32,502 nt of DNA from Terriglobia bacterium (GCA_041483535.1 JBGPFV010000001.1:1-32502); one strand, 5' to 3'; positions 1 through 9,870 are shown, counted from the first letter of the stretch. A program made the numbers and translations. The notes: generated by a model from the sequence alone, not told the origin.

Positions 1-224
1 CCTGCATCGATCTTGCCCCCGGATATTCCGCATCGCTCTCCGCGCTGATGAACACCGTGGGGAGCATCGGCGGAGTCGTTTCTTCCACCGTGACCGCCTC
101 GATTGCGGTTCATCGAGGCTGGGTGCCGGCGCTGGACGTTGCGGTATGGGTCACGATCGGATCAGGACTATTGTTTACAATGGTAAACGCGAATCGCAGT
201 ATTGAGGAGAAAGGGAGTACGTAG
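1..224 (+). CDS. MFS transporter, C-terminal fragment (5' end lies outside the window)
   Basis: Frame 3 is open from the window edge to TAG at 222-224. The translation ...CIDLAPGYSASLSALMNTVGSIGGVVSSTVTASIAVHRGWVPALDVAVWVTIGSGLLFTMVNANRSIEEKGST looks like the last TM helices of ACS-type MFS permeases. It is absent from the ORF track because it has no start codon. Confidence 0.6.
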   Translation, partial: CIDLAPGYSASLSALMNTVGSIGGVVSSTVTASIAVHRGWVPALDVAVWVTIGSGLLFTMVNANRSIEEKGST

Positions 225-227
225 CGG

Positions 228-1610
228 GTGACAGACATGAGGCAAACGAGAATTGTGTTGCTGGGAATTCTGCTGGCCGTTCCAGGGTATGGACAGGATC
301 AGCCGCAAACCGCGGCTTCTTCCAAAGTCTACGGACAAGTCCAAGCGCCAGCAGCAACCGCGGACACCAATGCCACGCAAGCGCCACTGGTCCTCACGCT
401 GCAGGATGCCCTTACACGCGCCAAAGCTAACGATCCGCAGTTCAGGGCGGCTCTGACGGAACTAGGGCTGGCTCATCAGGACACCGTGCAAAGCCGCGCT
501 CAACTGCTTCCCAACGTCAACTACAACATGCAGTTCCTCTACACGCAGGGGAACGGTTCTCCTTCCGGACGCTATACGGCCAATAACGGCGTTCACGAGT
601 ACCTAGCGCAGGGAAACGTTCACCAGGCGCTTTCGCCGGGGATGTTAGCGGACTATCGACGCGTCGAAGCCGCCGAGGCTCTGTCGCGGGCCAAGTCGGA
701 GATTGCGACGCGCGGTCTGGTCGTCACCGTGGTGCAGGCTTACTACGGATACGTCGTGGCCGAGCGCAAGTATGCCACCGCCCAGAAGGCGGCTTCGGAA
801 GCGGACCACTTTCTCGGCCTCAGCCAAAAGCTGCAGAACGGCGGCGAGGTCGCGGGTTCCGACGTGATCAAAGCTCAGATTCAGGATCAGCAGCAACAGC
901 GCGCACTGCAGGATGCTCTTCTGGCGATGAACAAGACTCGCCTCGATCTTGCCGTGTTGCTGTTCCCGAATTTCGACCAGAATTTCTCGGTCGTAGATGA
1001 CTTGCGCCTGCCCGACCCGTTGCCCCCTTTCGTCGAAGTGCAGGCGGCTGCAACCAAGAGTAATCCGGAACTTCGGGCTGCGCTTGCCTCTCTGCGGCAA
1101 TCCGACCAGGAAGTGAAAGTCGCGTGGGCGGCCATGCTGCCATCGGTCGGCCTGGATTATTTCTATGGCATCGACGCCAATCAGTTCGCGGTGAACGGTC
1201 CGGCTCCGGACCGGTTTCGCAACTTGGGATACTCGGCCACCGCTACACTACAGTTGCCTATATGGAACTGGGGGGCGGGTTACAGCAAGGTGAAGCAGGC
1301 GGATTTGAGGCGGCGGCAGGCCCATGTCGAGTTGAGCTTCGCGCAACGCCGGCTGCTGGCCGATCTGCGGTCGTTCTATGACGAAACCGAGACCTCGCGC
1401 GCGCAGCTCGAATCGCTAGGTCAAACCGCGGAACTTGCTTCCGACAGTTCACGTTTAACTACTTTGCGCTACCAGGCGGGAGAGGCCACGGTGCTGGAAG
1501 TGGTGGACGCTCAAAATACCCTGACGCTGGCTCGCAATGCGTATGATGATGGTCAGGTTCGTTTCCAGGTCGCCCTCGCGAACCTGCAAACCCTGACCGG
1601 GAGCTTCTAA
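228..1610 (+). CDS. TolC-family outer membrane efflux protein
   Basis: 460-aa ORF with a signal-like N-terminus (RIVLLGILLAVPGYGQ). The opening LTLQDALTRAKANDPQFRAA and two coiled-coil repeats are typical of OEP/TolC. It is the first gene of an OMF-MFP-RND operon. An alternative start is ATG 237. Confidence 0.85.
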   Translation: MTDMRQTRIVLLGILLAVPGYGQDQPQTAASSKVYGQVQAPAATADTNATQAPLVLTLQDALTRAKANDPQFRAALTELGLAHQDTVQSRAQLLPNVNYNMQFLYTQGNGSPSGRYTANNGVHEYLAQGNVHQALSPGMLADYRRVEAAEALSRAKSEIATRGLVVTVVQAYYGYVVAERKYATAQKAASEADHFLGLSQKLQNGGEVAGSDVIKAQIQDQQQQRALQDALLAMNKTRLDLAVLLFPNFDQNFSVVDDLRLPDPLPPFVEVQAAATKSNPELRAALASLRQSDQEVKVAWAAMLPSVGLDYFYGIDANQFAVNGPAPDRFRNLGYSATATLQLPIWNWGAGYSKVKQADLRRRQAHVELSFAQRRLLADLRSFYDETETSRAQLESLGQTAELASDSSRLTTLRYQAGEATVLEVVDAQNTLTLARNAYDDGQVRFQVALANLQTLTGSF

Positions 1611-1613
1611 AGC

Positions 1614-3053
1614 GTGTTTCACATATCGATTTGTGGGGAAGGAGGCCGCACCCTTCAGGGGCTATGGCGGGACCAGAGTTGCTGTGGCCACAGGCAGCAG
1701 CCGAGCTGCGCTCGCCTTGGACGGGCGAGGGCGCCCGTCCCCACACTAGCGCTGGCCTCAATCATTCCTGTTCTTGTGCTGGCGCTGGGCTGCTCCGCGG
1801 GCAAGCAGCCGGAGCCGACGGTCGCGGTTCAGGTGGTTCCGGTCAAGAAGGCGACCATCGAGCAGACGGTGACCTCCGAAGCCATTTTGTTTCCACTGGC
1901 CCAGTCGGCGATTGTTCCGAAGATCAGCGCGCCGGTCAAAGCGTTCTACGTGAATCGCGGCAGCAAGGTTCATGAAGGACAGTTGCTGGCCAAATTGGAA
2001 AGCCGCGACTTGGCTGCCGCTGCCGAGGACAACCAGGGAGCCTACGATCAAGCGCAGGCCGCCTACGCGATCGCCACCGCGTCTACTTTGCCGGAAGAGA
2101 TTCAGAAAGCGCAGGGCGATACTAGGGCGGCGAAGCTGGCTCTGGAGGCCGAACAGAAGCTCTACGACAGTCGTCAAGATCTTTACAAGCAAGGCGCCCT
2201 GCCTCGCAAAGAGCTCGATCAAGCTACCGTCAGTCTCGCGCAGGCACGAACTCAATACGAAATTGCGCAGCACCACCTCGATGCTTTGATGGCGGGAGGC
2301 AAGCAGGAGGAAATCAAGTCTGCCAAGGGACAATTGCAATCGGCCAAAGGCAAGTATCTCGGCGCCGCGGCGCAGTTGAACTACTCGGAAATCCGCAGTC
2401 CCATCAACGGCGTGGTTACCGACCGTCCCTTGTACCCGGGAGAAATGGCTGCTGCGGGAACGCCCCTGCTCACTGTCATGGACACCGGCACGGTGGTGGC
2501 GCGTGCCCACATTCCGCAAGAGCAGGCCGCGTTGCTGAAGGTGGGCGACAAGGCCACGGTCCTTGTTGCTGGCGGTCCAGGCGAAGATGACGCGATCGAA
2601 GGAAAGGTGACCGTCGTCAGCCCGGCGCTTGATCCCAACAGCACGACGGTTGAAGTCTGGGTCCAGGCCAGGAATCCGAAGGAACGATTGCGACCGGGAA
2701 CGAGCGTGCGGATTTCCATGCTGGCGCGCTCGGTGCCGAACGCGGTGGTCATTCCCGCGGCAGCGGTGCTCACCGCTCCGGACGGAACGAGCTATGTGAT
2801 GGTCGTTGTTCCCGAAAATCGGGGCTCCGACAATCGTGCCCACCAGAAGACGGTGAAGACCGGAATCCGGCAGGGCGATCAAGTGCAGATTCTTGATGGC
2901 CTCATGGAAGGCGATCGCGTCGTCGCATCCGGCGCCTATGGCCTGCCCGACAATACCAAGATTCGCGTCGAAGCCGCCACCGAGTCTGACAAGACGGATC
3001 ACCCATCGGACAGGCCATCTGCGGGAAAAGAGACAGAAAAGGATGCCCAGTAG
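1614..3053 (+). CDS. Efflux RND periplasmic adaptor (MFP/HlyD family) lipoprotein
   Basis: 479-aa ORF starting 4 nt after the TolC stop. It has a lipobox (LVLALGCSAGK), a long alpha-hairpin (QAQAAYAIA...LEAEQKLYD...) and a beta-barrel region (YSEIRSPINGVVTDR). The start is uncertain, but no other in-frame ATG/GTG/TTG precedes the lipobox. Confidence 0.85.
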   Translation: MFHISICGEGGRTLQGLWRDQSCCGHRQQPSCARLGRARAPVPTLALASIIPVLVLALGCSAGKQPEPTVAVQVVPVKKATIEQTVTSEAILFPLAQSAIVPKISAPVKAFYVNRGSKVHEGQLLAKLESRDLAAAAEDNQGAYDQAQAAYAIATASTLPEEIQKAQGDTRAAKLALEAEQKLYDSRQDLYKQGALPRKELDQATVSLAQARTQYEIAQHHLDALMAGGKQEEIKSAKGQLQSAKGKYLGAAAQLNYSEIRSPINGVVTDRPLYPGEMAAAGTPLLTVMDTGTVVARAHIPQEQAALLKVGDKATVLVAGGPGEDDAIEGKVTVVSPALDPNSTTVEVWVQARNPKERLRPGTSVRISMLARSVPNAVVIPAAAVLTAPDGTSYVMVVVPENRGSDNRAHQKTVKTGIRQGDQVQILDGLMEGDRVVASGAYGLPDNTKIRVEAATESDKTDHPSDRPSAGKETEKDAQ

Positions 3054-6000
3054 CGCGATGACCGCGACCCAAGGTGAATCCCCTTACTGGTTTGCGCGCC
3101 ACTCCCGCTCCATCCTCGTCTTAATCATCACGCTGGCGCTGGTTGGCATCTACGTCGCGTTCACCATTCCGGTTTCCGTTTTTCCGGACACGAATTTTCC
3201 GCGCATTCTGATTGCTGTCGACAACGGCGTGATGCCCATCGACCAGATGATGGTCACGGTCACGCGCCCGCTCGAAGAAGCAGTCAACAGCGTGCCGGGT
3301 CTGCGGCAGGTCCGCTCCATTACCAGCCGCGGATCGGCCGAAATCGACCTGTTCTTCGACTGGAACGTCGACATGTTCCAGACCTTGCAGTACGTGAACG
3401 CGTTGCTATCCAACGCACAACGCGACCTGCCGGCGAGCGCGAAGGTGGAAGCGCATCGCATGACCTTCGCCAGCTTTCCGATTCTCGGCTATAGCCTGAC
3501 TTCGGACACAGTTCCGCAGACCCAGCTCTGGGAACTTGCCACTTACGAGCTCAAGCCCCGGCTGAACCGCCTGGATGGCGTGGCCCGCGTGATTGTGCAA
3601 GGCGGCCAGGAGCCGGAGTTTCACATCGTGCCCGATCCCGCCAAGCTTTTGCAGGCGAGTGTTACGGTTACCGACCTGCTCGATGCGGTGCGGCGCACCA
3701 ACCTGATTGACTCTCCCGGCCTGCTCGAGCGTAACCACCAGCTCTACCTTGGGCTGATTAGCGGACAGGTGCACGATCCGCAACAGATTGCGGCGACCGT
3801 CGTCAAGACAACCGCCGCCGGTGTGCCGGTGCGGGTGGGCGACGTCGCGAAAGTGGAGGCGGCAGTTCGTCCTCTCTATACCATTGTTTCGGCGAACGGA
3901 AAGCCGGCGGTCCTTTTGAGCATCAACCGCCAGCCGGAAAGCAACACCGTGCAGGTGGCGGAAGAGGCGCACGCGGAAGTCGTGAGCATCCGCAAATCGC
4001 TGCCGCCCGGGGTGGAGATTCATCCTTTTTACGATCAGTCGGAGATCGTTCGGCAATCGATTGCCAGTGTCCGCGACGCCATTCTCATCGGCTTAATCCT
4101 GGCGTCGATTATTCTCGTGATTTTTCTGCGCGACTGGGGCACTTCCATCGTGGCTGGCCTGGTGATCCCGGTAACCATCGCGGTGACGTTCATCGCCCTT
4201 AAGTGGATGGGCGAGAGTTTTAACCTGATGACGCTCGGCGGGCTGGCTGCGGCGGTTGGCCTGGTGATCGATGACGCGATCGTGGTGGTGGAGAACATCG
4301 TGCTGCATCGCGACGCGGGCCAGACGCGGCTGCAGGCCATCCACAGCGCGCTGGGCGAGATCACCATCCCGCTGATCGGCTCGACCATCACCCCGATTGT
4401 TGTGTTCCTTCCGCTTGTGTCCATCACCGGCGTAACCGGCACGTTCTTCCGCGCCCTCGCCGTCACCATGTCGGTCTCGCTGCTCACGTCGCTGGCGCTC
4501 GCGCTCAGTTGGACGCCGGCGCTCAGCCAGTTTCTGATCAAGCGATCCACCGGCGATTCGTCCGACATCCCGGACGGCATCGCGGAGAATGATGAAGACG
4601 CTCTCGACCAGATCGCTCCTGAGCCAGAGGTCGAGTCGATCCGGCGTCTGATGGAAGTGGAAGAAGCTTCACTCAGCGGCTTTTTCCGGAAGGTGATTGC
4701 CTTCCACGAGCGCTGGTTGCGCCGGGCGCTGGAGCGCCCACGCTGGCTGGCCGGCTTCAGCCTGGTTCTGATCGTCATTGCTTTCGTGTGCTACCAGTTC
4801 TCCGGCTCCGACCTGCTGCCGGAGATGGACGAAGGCGGTTTCATTATCGACTACATCATGCCCGCGGGCAGTTCCTTGGCGGAGACCAATCGCGTGATCC
4901 GCCATCTCGAACAAATCCTGCACGGTACTCCCGAGGTCGAGTACACCTCGCGGCGCACGGGCATGCAACTGGGCCTGGCGTCGGTGACCGAGGCCAACAC
5001 GGGCGACATTTCGGTGAAACTCAAGGCCTCCCGCAGCCGCGATATCGAGGACATCATCGCCGAGGTTCGCGCGAAAATCAGGACAGAAGAACCGGCCATT
5101 GACGTGGAATTCGTCCAGGTTCTCCAGGACATGATTAACGATCTGACGGGAGAACCGCAGCCGGTTGAGATCAAGTTGTTTTCGCAGGATGCTTCCGTCA
5201 TCGAGGACTGGGCGCCGAAGGTAGCGGATGCGATCGCCAAAGACAAAGGCGTGGTCGATGTCTTGAACGGAATCGATAACACCATCAGCGGTCCGGCAGT
5301 GATGTTTCAGGTCGACCCCGCCATCGCGGCACGGGCCGGGTTCACTCCCGAAGAAGTTGCGACCGACGCGACTGCCATTCTGGAAGGCGAGCCGTCGACG
5401 ACTCCCGTAGTCACTCATGATCGCACGTACACCGTGCGCGTGCGCTTTCCGGCGGGGAATCGAGCTTCACTCGAGGCCATGCGCGACACGCTGCTGGTCA
5501 GTTCGACGGGCAAAACGGCGACGCTCGGATCGCTGGCCACGCTGACCGAGATTCCCGGACAGACGGAAATCCGGCGCGAGAACCTGCTGCGGAATGTGGT
5601 GGTCTCGGCGCGACTGGAGGGCGTCGACCTGGGCACGGGTGTTGCCAGCGTCAAGAAGAGCGTGGAGCAGTTGCATCTGCCTTCTTCGATTCGGGTGGTA
5701 TACGGCGGAACCTACCAGACGCAACAAAAATCATTCCGCGATCTCATCTTCGTGCTCATCCTGGCGGTGGTGCTCGTCTTCATCGTATTGCTGTTTGAGT
5801 TCCGGACCTTTGCCGCGCCCCTCGCGATTCTTTCGTCGGCCCTGCTTTCGACCTGCGGAGTGTTTCTGGCCCTGTTCATCACCCGCACCACGTTCAACAT
5901 CTCGTCGTTCATGGGGATGATCATGGTGATTGGCATCGTGGCCAAGAACGGTATTCTGCTGCTCGATGCCGAGCAAAAATTCCGCGCCGCCGGACTCTCG

Positions 6001-6237
6001 CTGGAAGAAGCGGTCATTCAAGCAGGGCGCCGCAGGTTGCGGCCGATCGTCATGACCGCGCTCGCCGCGGTAGCGGGAATGCTGCCTCTTGCATTCGCCA
6101 TGGGCGCAGGATCGCAGATGTTGAAGCCTCTAGCGATTGCCGTGATTGGCGGCGTGCTCCTTTCCATGGTTCTGTCGCTGATCATCACTCCCGCGGTCCA
6201 CCTGTTCGCCACCCGGCGCGCGCTGCGAAGTTCCTAG
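3043..6237 (+). CDS. RND efflux permease (AcrB/HAE1-like inner membrane transporter)
   Basis: About 1064 aa. The N-terminus RHSRSILVLIITLALVGIYVAFTIPVSVFPD is typical of RND pumps. The TM4 motif GLVIDDAIVVVENIV is of the HAE1 type. Two large periplasmic loops and 12 hydrophobic segments are present. I place the start at ATG 3043, overlapping the MFP stop by 11 nt, rather than at ORF-track 2893. Confidence 0.9.
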   Translation: MPSSAMTATQGESPYWFARHSRSILVLIITLALVGIYVAFTIPVSVFPDTNFPRILIAVDNGVMPIDQMMVTVTRPLEEAVNSVPGLRQVRSITSRGSAEIDLFFDWNVDMFQTLQYVNALLSNAQRDLPASAKVEAHRMTFASFPILGYSLTSDTVPQTQLWELATYELKPRLNRLDGVARVIVQGGQEPEFHIVPDPAKLLQASVTVTDLLDAVRRTNLIDSPGLLERNHQLYLGLISGQVHDPQQIAATVVKTTAAGVPVRVGDVAKVEAAVRPLYTIVSANGKPAVLLSINRQPESNTVQVAEEAHAEVVSIRKSLPPGVEIHPFYDQSEIVRQSIASVRDAILIGLILASIILVIFLRDWGTSIVAGLVIPVTIAVTFIALKWMGESFNLMTLGGLAAAVGLVIDDAIVVVENIVLHRDAGQTRLQAIHSALGEITIPLIGSTITPIVVFLPLVSITGVTGTFFRALAVTMSVSLLTSLALALSWTPALSQFLIKRSTGDSSDIPDGIAENDEDALDQIAPEPEVESIRRLMEVEEASLSGFFRKVIAFHERWLRRALERPRWLAGFSLVLIVIAFVCYQFSGSDLLPEMDEGGFIIDYIMPAGSSLAETNRVIRHLEQILHGTPEVEYTSRRTGMQLGLASVTEANTGDISVKLKASRSRDIEDIIAEVRAKIRTEEPAIDVEFVQVLQDMINDLTGEPQPVEIKLFSQDASVIEDWAPKVADAIAKDKGVVDVLNGIDNTISGPAVMFQVDPAIAARAGFTPEEVATDATAILEGEPSTTPVVTHDRTYTVRVRFPAGNRASLEAMRDTLLVSSTGKTATLGSLATLTEIPGQTEIRRENLLRNVVVSARLEGVDLGTGVASVKKSVEQLHLPSSIRVVYGGTYQTQQKSFRDLIFVLILAVVLVFIVLLFEFRTFAAPLAILSSALLSTCGVFLALFITRTTFNISSFMGMIMVIGIVAKNGILLLDAEQKFRAAGLSLEEAVIQAGRRRLRPIVMTALAAVAGMLPLAFAMGAGSQMLKPLAIAVIGGVLLSMVLSLIITPAVHLFATRRALRSS

Positions 6238-6279
6238 GAGTTCCCGAACCCAAGCTGAGTTTGATAAGGTATTCGTGCC

Positions 6280-6852
6280 ATGACGACGAAGAAGAACGCA
6301 GTCTGCAGCACGGCGCTCAGGGAAAAGGCGCAGTTAATGTCGGGTTCGGAGATTGAACGGACGCTGGTGCGTTTGGCTCACGAAATCCTGGAAAAAAACG
6401 GTGGCGTTGACGGCTTAGGACTGGTCGGAATCCGCCGTCGCGGAGTGCCCATCGCCGAGCGCCTGGGCAAAATAATTCAGCGGGTGGAAAAGAAGAAAAT
6501 GTCCGTGGGCGCGCTCGATATCACGTTCTATCGCGATGACCTTTCGACCCTGGGACCGAAGCCCATCGTGCAGGAAGCGGAAATCGGCTTTTCCATCGAC
6601 GGCAAGAGGATCGTGCTGGTCGACGACGTGCTTTATACCGGCCGCACCACGCGCGCCGCCCTCGACGCCCTTTTTTCGCATGGCCGCCCGAGCCATGTGC
6701 AGTTGCTGGTGCTGATCGATCGCGGCCATCGCGAATTGCCGGTCGAGGCCACCTTCATTGGCCGAACTGTGCAGACTGCCGACAATGAAGTGATCGAAGT
6801 CAAGTTGACCGAGATCGATGAAGCGGAGAAAGTTCTGCTGATGGAGAGGTGA
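6280..6852 (+). CDS. pyrR: Bifunctional pyrimidine operon regulator / uracil phosphoribosyltransferase PyrR
   Basis: LSGSEIERTLVRLAHEILEKN...GIRRRGVPIAERL, the PRPP-binding motif IVLVDDVLYTGRTTRAA, and LVLIDRGHRELPV. An alternative start is ATG 6337. Confidence 0.9.
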   Translation: MTTKKNAVCSTALREKAQLMSGSEIERTLVRLAHEILEKNGGVDGLGLVGIRRRGVPIAERLGKIIQRVEKKKMSVGALDITFYRDDLSTLGPKPIVQEAEIGFSIDGKRIVLVDDVLYTGRTTRAALDALFSHGRPSHVQLLVLIDRGHRELPVEATFIGRTVQTADNEVIEVKLTEIDEAEKVLLMER

Positions 6853-6876
6853 AGTTCTGCAGCATGTCAACAGATC

Positions 6877-6958
6877 TTGTCATCCTGAGCGAAGCGAAGG
6901 ACCCGCTTTCCTGGCACTGCGCGAGACAGCAGGTCCTTCGCTTCGCTCAGGATGACAA
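6877..6958. repeat. Perfect 26-bp inverted repeat (TTGTCATCCTGAGCGAAGCGAAGGAC / GTCCTTCGCTTCGCTCAGGATGACAA) with a 30-nt loop; REP-like element or bidirectional terminator
   Basis: Left arm 6877-6902 and right arm 6933-6958 are exact reverse complements. The element sits between the convergent pyrR and rbsK stops. Its translation gives the spurious ORF 6849..7115 (VILSEAKDP.../LRFAQDDN). Confidence 0.85.
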
Positions 6959-7011
6959 TTCACGAAAGGTGTTGCTCACTACGGTCCGGCCCCAAGTTTC
7001 ACCACGTACTG

Positions 7012-7947
7012 CTAGACCTTGCCTCTTTCGCTCCACTCTGCGTCGAAGCGCGCCCGTGCATAGAAAGACTTCTGCGTTCCGACTCCCGTGGTTGACAGGC
7101 CAGCGTAAAGGTTAGCCCGCCTAACCGCTTCCCGCTCCGGCAGGCCCTCGCCAAGGAAGGCCGCAAAGCTGCCAATAAAAGCGTCACCGGCGCCGGTGCT
7201 GTCCACGCTCTTCACCTTAAACGCGGGCACGTGCTCCATGCCTTCGCTTCCGGCAAGCAGCGAACCATTCGCACCCAGAGTAATAATCACGCGCCGAATA
7301 CCGCCGGCAAGAAGTTTTCCCGCGCAGCGTCTGGCGTCATCCAGATTGTGCACTGAGATGCCGGAAATCGCCTCCGCTTCACTCTCGTTGGGAACAAAGT
7401 AATCAAGATCCGCTACGGCTTTGAGGTCGATGGGTTGCGCGGGAGCCGGATTCAAGATGCAGCGGATGCCGTTTTGCCGCGCAAACTTGATGGTGTAGTA
7501 CACGGTCTCCAGCGGGATCTCAAACTGGAGAACGATGCAGTCGGCGCTCTTCAGCATGTCCGCGGCAGCATCCACGTCGGCCGGTTTCAATTCGTCGTTC
7601 GCGCCTTTGACGACGATGATTCGATTCTGTCCGGAAGGATCGACGAAGATCGGCGCCACTCCGCTGGAGACACCGCTTACCTGGCGCACGTACGTGGCAT
7701 CGATCCCAAGTTTTTCAAAGTTCTTGATGGTCGACGGACCGAACAGATCGTCCCCAACTCGCGCCACCATGAAGACGTCGGCTCCGCAGAGGCGGGCGGC
7801 AACGGCCTGATTCGCGCCTTTGCCGCCGAATCCAAGATCGAATTTCTGGCCGAAGATGGTTTCCCCTGGCTTGGGAAACTGGTCGGAGAACGTGGTCAGA
7901 TCAACATTGGCGCTACCCACAACCGCGATGCGAGGACGCTTTGCCAT
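7012..7947 (-). CDS. rbsK: Ribokinase
   Basis: 311 aa. IAVVGSANVDL, GFGGKGANQAVAAARL-type motif, NESEAE, and the anion hole TGAGDAFIGSFAAFL of PfkB-family ribokinases. Confidence 0.9.
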   Translation of the reverse strand: MAKRPRIAVVGSANVDLTTFSDQFPKPGETIFGQKFDLGFGGKGANQAVAARLCGADVFMVARVGDDLFGPSTIKNFEKLGIDATYVRQVSGVSSGVAPIFVDPSGQNRIIVVKGANDELKPADVDAAADMLKSADCIVLQFEIPLETVYYTIKFARQNGIRCILNPAPAQPIDLKAVADLDYFVPNESEAEAISGISVHNLDDARRCAGKLLAGGIRRVIITLGANGSLLAGSEGMEHVPAFKVKSVDSTGAGDAFIGSFAAFLGEGLPEREAVRRANLYAGLSTTGVGTQKSFYARARFDAEWSERGKV

Positions 7948-7999
7948 AGACTCCCATTGCCGCCGGCACGCTCAAACAGCGGGCGCGTCGAGCTCTGCA

Positions 8000-8344
8000 C
8001 TATTTCTCATTCCCATTGCTTATCGATTTTAGGTGGCGGACCAGCTTGTCTTGGTCCCCAGTGGACATGCCCACAAATTCGATGCCGTTTCCAAACTGGG
8101 GATGCTGTGTTCTCACTACGCCCTCCGCCGTCACCTTCTCATCTCCCAGCCACAGCACGATAGCAAGTTTGCTTCCGACCTCGAGGGTCATACTCATTTC
8201 TACGTAGCATCCGGTCGCGCAGATATCCGAGGTTTCGACACGGAGCGGAGCCGTCGAACCCTCCGGCCTTAGCTCAAGCTGGAGCGCGGTTTTCGTGCGC
8301 GGGTACCTTCTCCGCTCCAACTGGGAGGATTGCGGGTCATCCAT
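8000..8344 (-). CDS. PilZ domain protein (putative c-di-GMP receptor)
   Basis: RRRYPR (RxxxR) followed by a D-I-C-A-T-G variant of DxSxxG, in a ~110-aa beta-barrel-like sequence. ATG 8344 is preceded by a strong SD (AAGGAAGGAA). I regard the ORF-track extension to 8569 as non-coding. Confidence 0.7.
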   Translation of the reverse strand: MDDPQSSQLERRRYPRTKTALQLELRPEGSTAPLRVETSDICATGCYVEMSMTLEVGSKLAIVLWLGDEKVTAEGVVRTQHPQFGNGIEFVGMSTGDQDKLVRHLKSISNGNEK

Positions 8345-8610
8345 GATTCCTTCCTTCCTCTTCCACATCCCACGGTCGGGCGCCGCATGATGGAATTTGA
8401 TAGGGGCCGAGTTTCGTGCCTGAGGTCCAGCGCCATGGGTGAGCGCCATTATAGCCTTAAGGATTCGCAGCCCTTTAGAGAAACCTGAAACCGGCGGCAC
8501 AAAGAGCATCCCCCACACTGTCCACAACAGAAATGTCCCAAGGTTACAACTTGGAGAAGTCGGGATCATTCATCTGGCATCCGCACGCGCTCTTGAGTAT
8601 TCTCTTGGGG

Positions 8611-9852
8611 ATGGCCACTGTTTCGTTGAGCGAACTGTTGGGCTCGACCGTGTATGACACCTCCGGGGCGGCTAGCGGCCGGGTGCGTGAGGTGGCCCTC
8701 GCCCCGCAGGAAGACCGCTCTCGCGTGGCCCTGCTGATCGTCAAAACGCCTGTGGGAAACCGCTTGTTGCCCTTGACGGCTGTTTCTGCGATCAATGGCG
8801 GCATTCGGGCCTCCACTGCGGCTGCGGAATGGGCCTCGGCCGACGGCTCCGAAGGACTGTTGCTGCTCAGCCGGGATCTGCTGGATCAGCAGGTGATTGA
8901 CGTCCACGGCCGCAAAGTTGTGCGCGTGAACGACGTGGATTTTCACCACGACAGCGCGCAGAATCGCTCGGTCTTGAGAGTTGGCGGCGTGGACGTGGGC
9001 GCGCGGGGCGCCGTTCGCCGCCTCCTGAAAGGTGTGGTTCCAGCGGCCGTCCTTCGGGCCCTCCTACTGCGGGTCCCTCCCCGCCAGATTCCCTGGGACT
9101 TCGTGGACCTCATCGAGACCGATCCGGCGCGGCGCGTCAAGCTGAAGATTTCGCATGAGCGGCTGGGCAAACTCCATCCCGCCGACATTGCCGACATTGT
9201 GGAAGATCTGTCTCCCGATGAGCGCGAAGCGGTCTTCGAGACCCTCGACGAGGGCGTCGCCGCCGGCGCGCTGGAAGAGCTCGAACCCAAAGTGCAGAAA
9301 TCAGTCTTGGAATCGCTCGATTCCGACCGGGCCGCCGACATAGTCGAAGAGATGGAGCCGGACGCGGCGGCCGACCTTTTAGGTGACCTCTCCGATGAGC
9401 GGAGTGAGGAAATCCTGGTGCAGATGCAGCCCGAGGAGCGCCAGGAAGTCACCGACCTGCTCGAGTTCAAAGAGAATACAGCCGCCGGCCGCATGACCAC
9501 CGAATACATTGCACTGCCCGTGACCGCCACCGCCAACCACGCGATCGAGGCCATGCGCACTTTCGAGGGCCGCATGGAAAACATGAGCACCATCTACCTT
9601 ACGGATACTCACGGGACGCTGGCGGGCGCGGTGCCACTGGTGAAGATCGTTCTGGCGCCTTCCTCAACGCTGCTGCTGGCTTTGTCTCAGGAGCCCCTCA
9701 TTTCCTGTCACGAAAACGCGAAAGAGAAGGAATTCGCCGAGCTCTTCGACAAGTACAACCTGCTGACCTTGCCGGTGATCGACGAACACAATCACCTGAC
9801 CGGCGTGATCACGCCCGATGACGTGATCGCCATGTTGCGCGCCAAGTTGTAG
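8611..9852 (+). CDS. Soluble MgtE-like protein: PRC-barrel + MgtE N-domain + CBS pair, with no transmembrane domain
   Basis: N-terminus LSELLGSTVYDTSGAASGRVREVAL... resembles a PRC barrel. The acidic helical repeats LHPADIADIVEDLSPDEREAVFETLD...AADIVEEMEPDAAADLLGDLSDERSEEILVQM are typical of MgtE_N. Two CBS motifs follow (TTEYIALPVTATANHAIEAM... and LPVIDEHNHLTGVITPDDVIAML). The ORF ends right after the CBS pair, so the 5-TM MgtE pore is absent. An alternative start is 8533. Confidence 0.8.
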   Translation: MATVSLSELLGSTVYDTSGAASGRVREVALAPQEDRSRVALLIVKTPVGNRLLPLTAVSAINGGIRASTAAAEWASADGSEGLLLLSRDLLDQQVIDVHGRKVVRVNDVDFHHDSAQNRSVLRVGGVDVGARGAVRRLLKGVVPAAVLRALLLRVPPRQIPWDFVDLIETDPARRVKLKISHERLGKLHPADIADIVEDLSPDEREAVFETLDEGVAAGALEELEPKVQKSVLESLDSDRAADIVEEMEPDAAADLLGDLSDERSEEILVQMQPEERQEVTDLLEFKENTAAGRMTTEYIALPVTATANHAIEAMRTFEGRMENMSTIYLTDTHGTLAGAVPLVKIVLAPSSTLLLALSQEPLISCHENAKEKEFAELFDKYNLLTLPVIDEHNHLTGVITPDDVIAMLRAKL

Positions 9853-9870
9853 GCATGTCGTTTTCCGGTA

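Noticed and set aside
1758-3002. 414-aa ORF on the minus strand, antisense to the MFP gene
   Set aside because: It has Arg/Gly/Leu-rich low-complexity composition typical of shadow ORFs in high-GC DNA. The plus-strand frame has clear HlyD/MFP homology features and operon context.
2893-3042. 50-codon N-terminal extension of the RND permease ORF
   Set aside because: The extension overlaps the 3' end of the MFP gene in another frame and has no RND-like sequence. ATG 3043 gives the canonical RND N-terminus just before TM1.
6849-7115. 88-aa ORF (MKFCSMSTDLVILSEAKDPLSWHC...LRFAQDDNS)
   Set aside because: It is simply the translation of the 26-bp inverted repeat and its loop, and it overlaps the rbsK 3' end on the opposite strand.
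8345-8569. 75-codon upstream extension of the PilZ ORF
   Set aside because: There is no domain content. A strong SD (AAGGAAGGAA) immediately precedes ATG 8344, where the PilZ domain begins.
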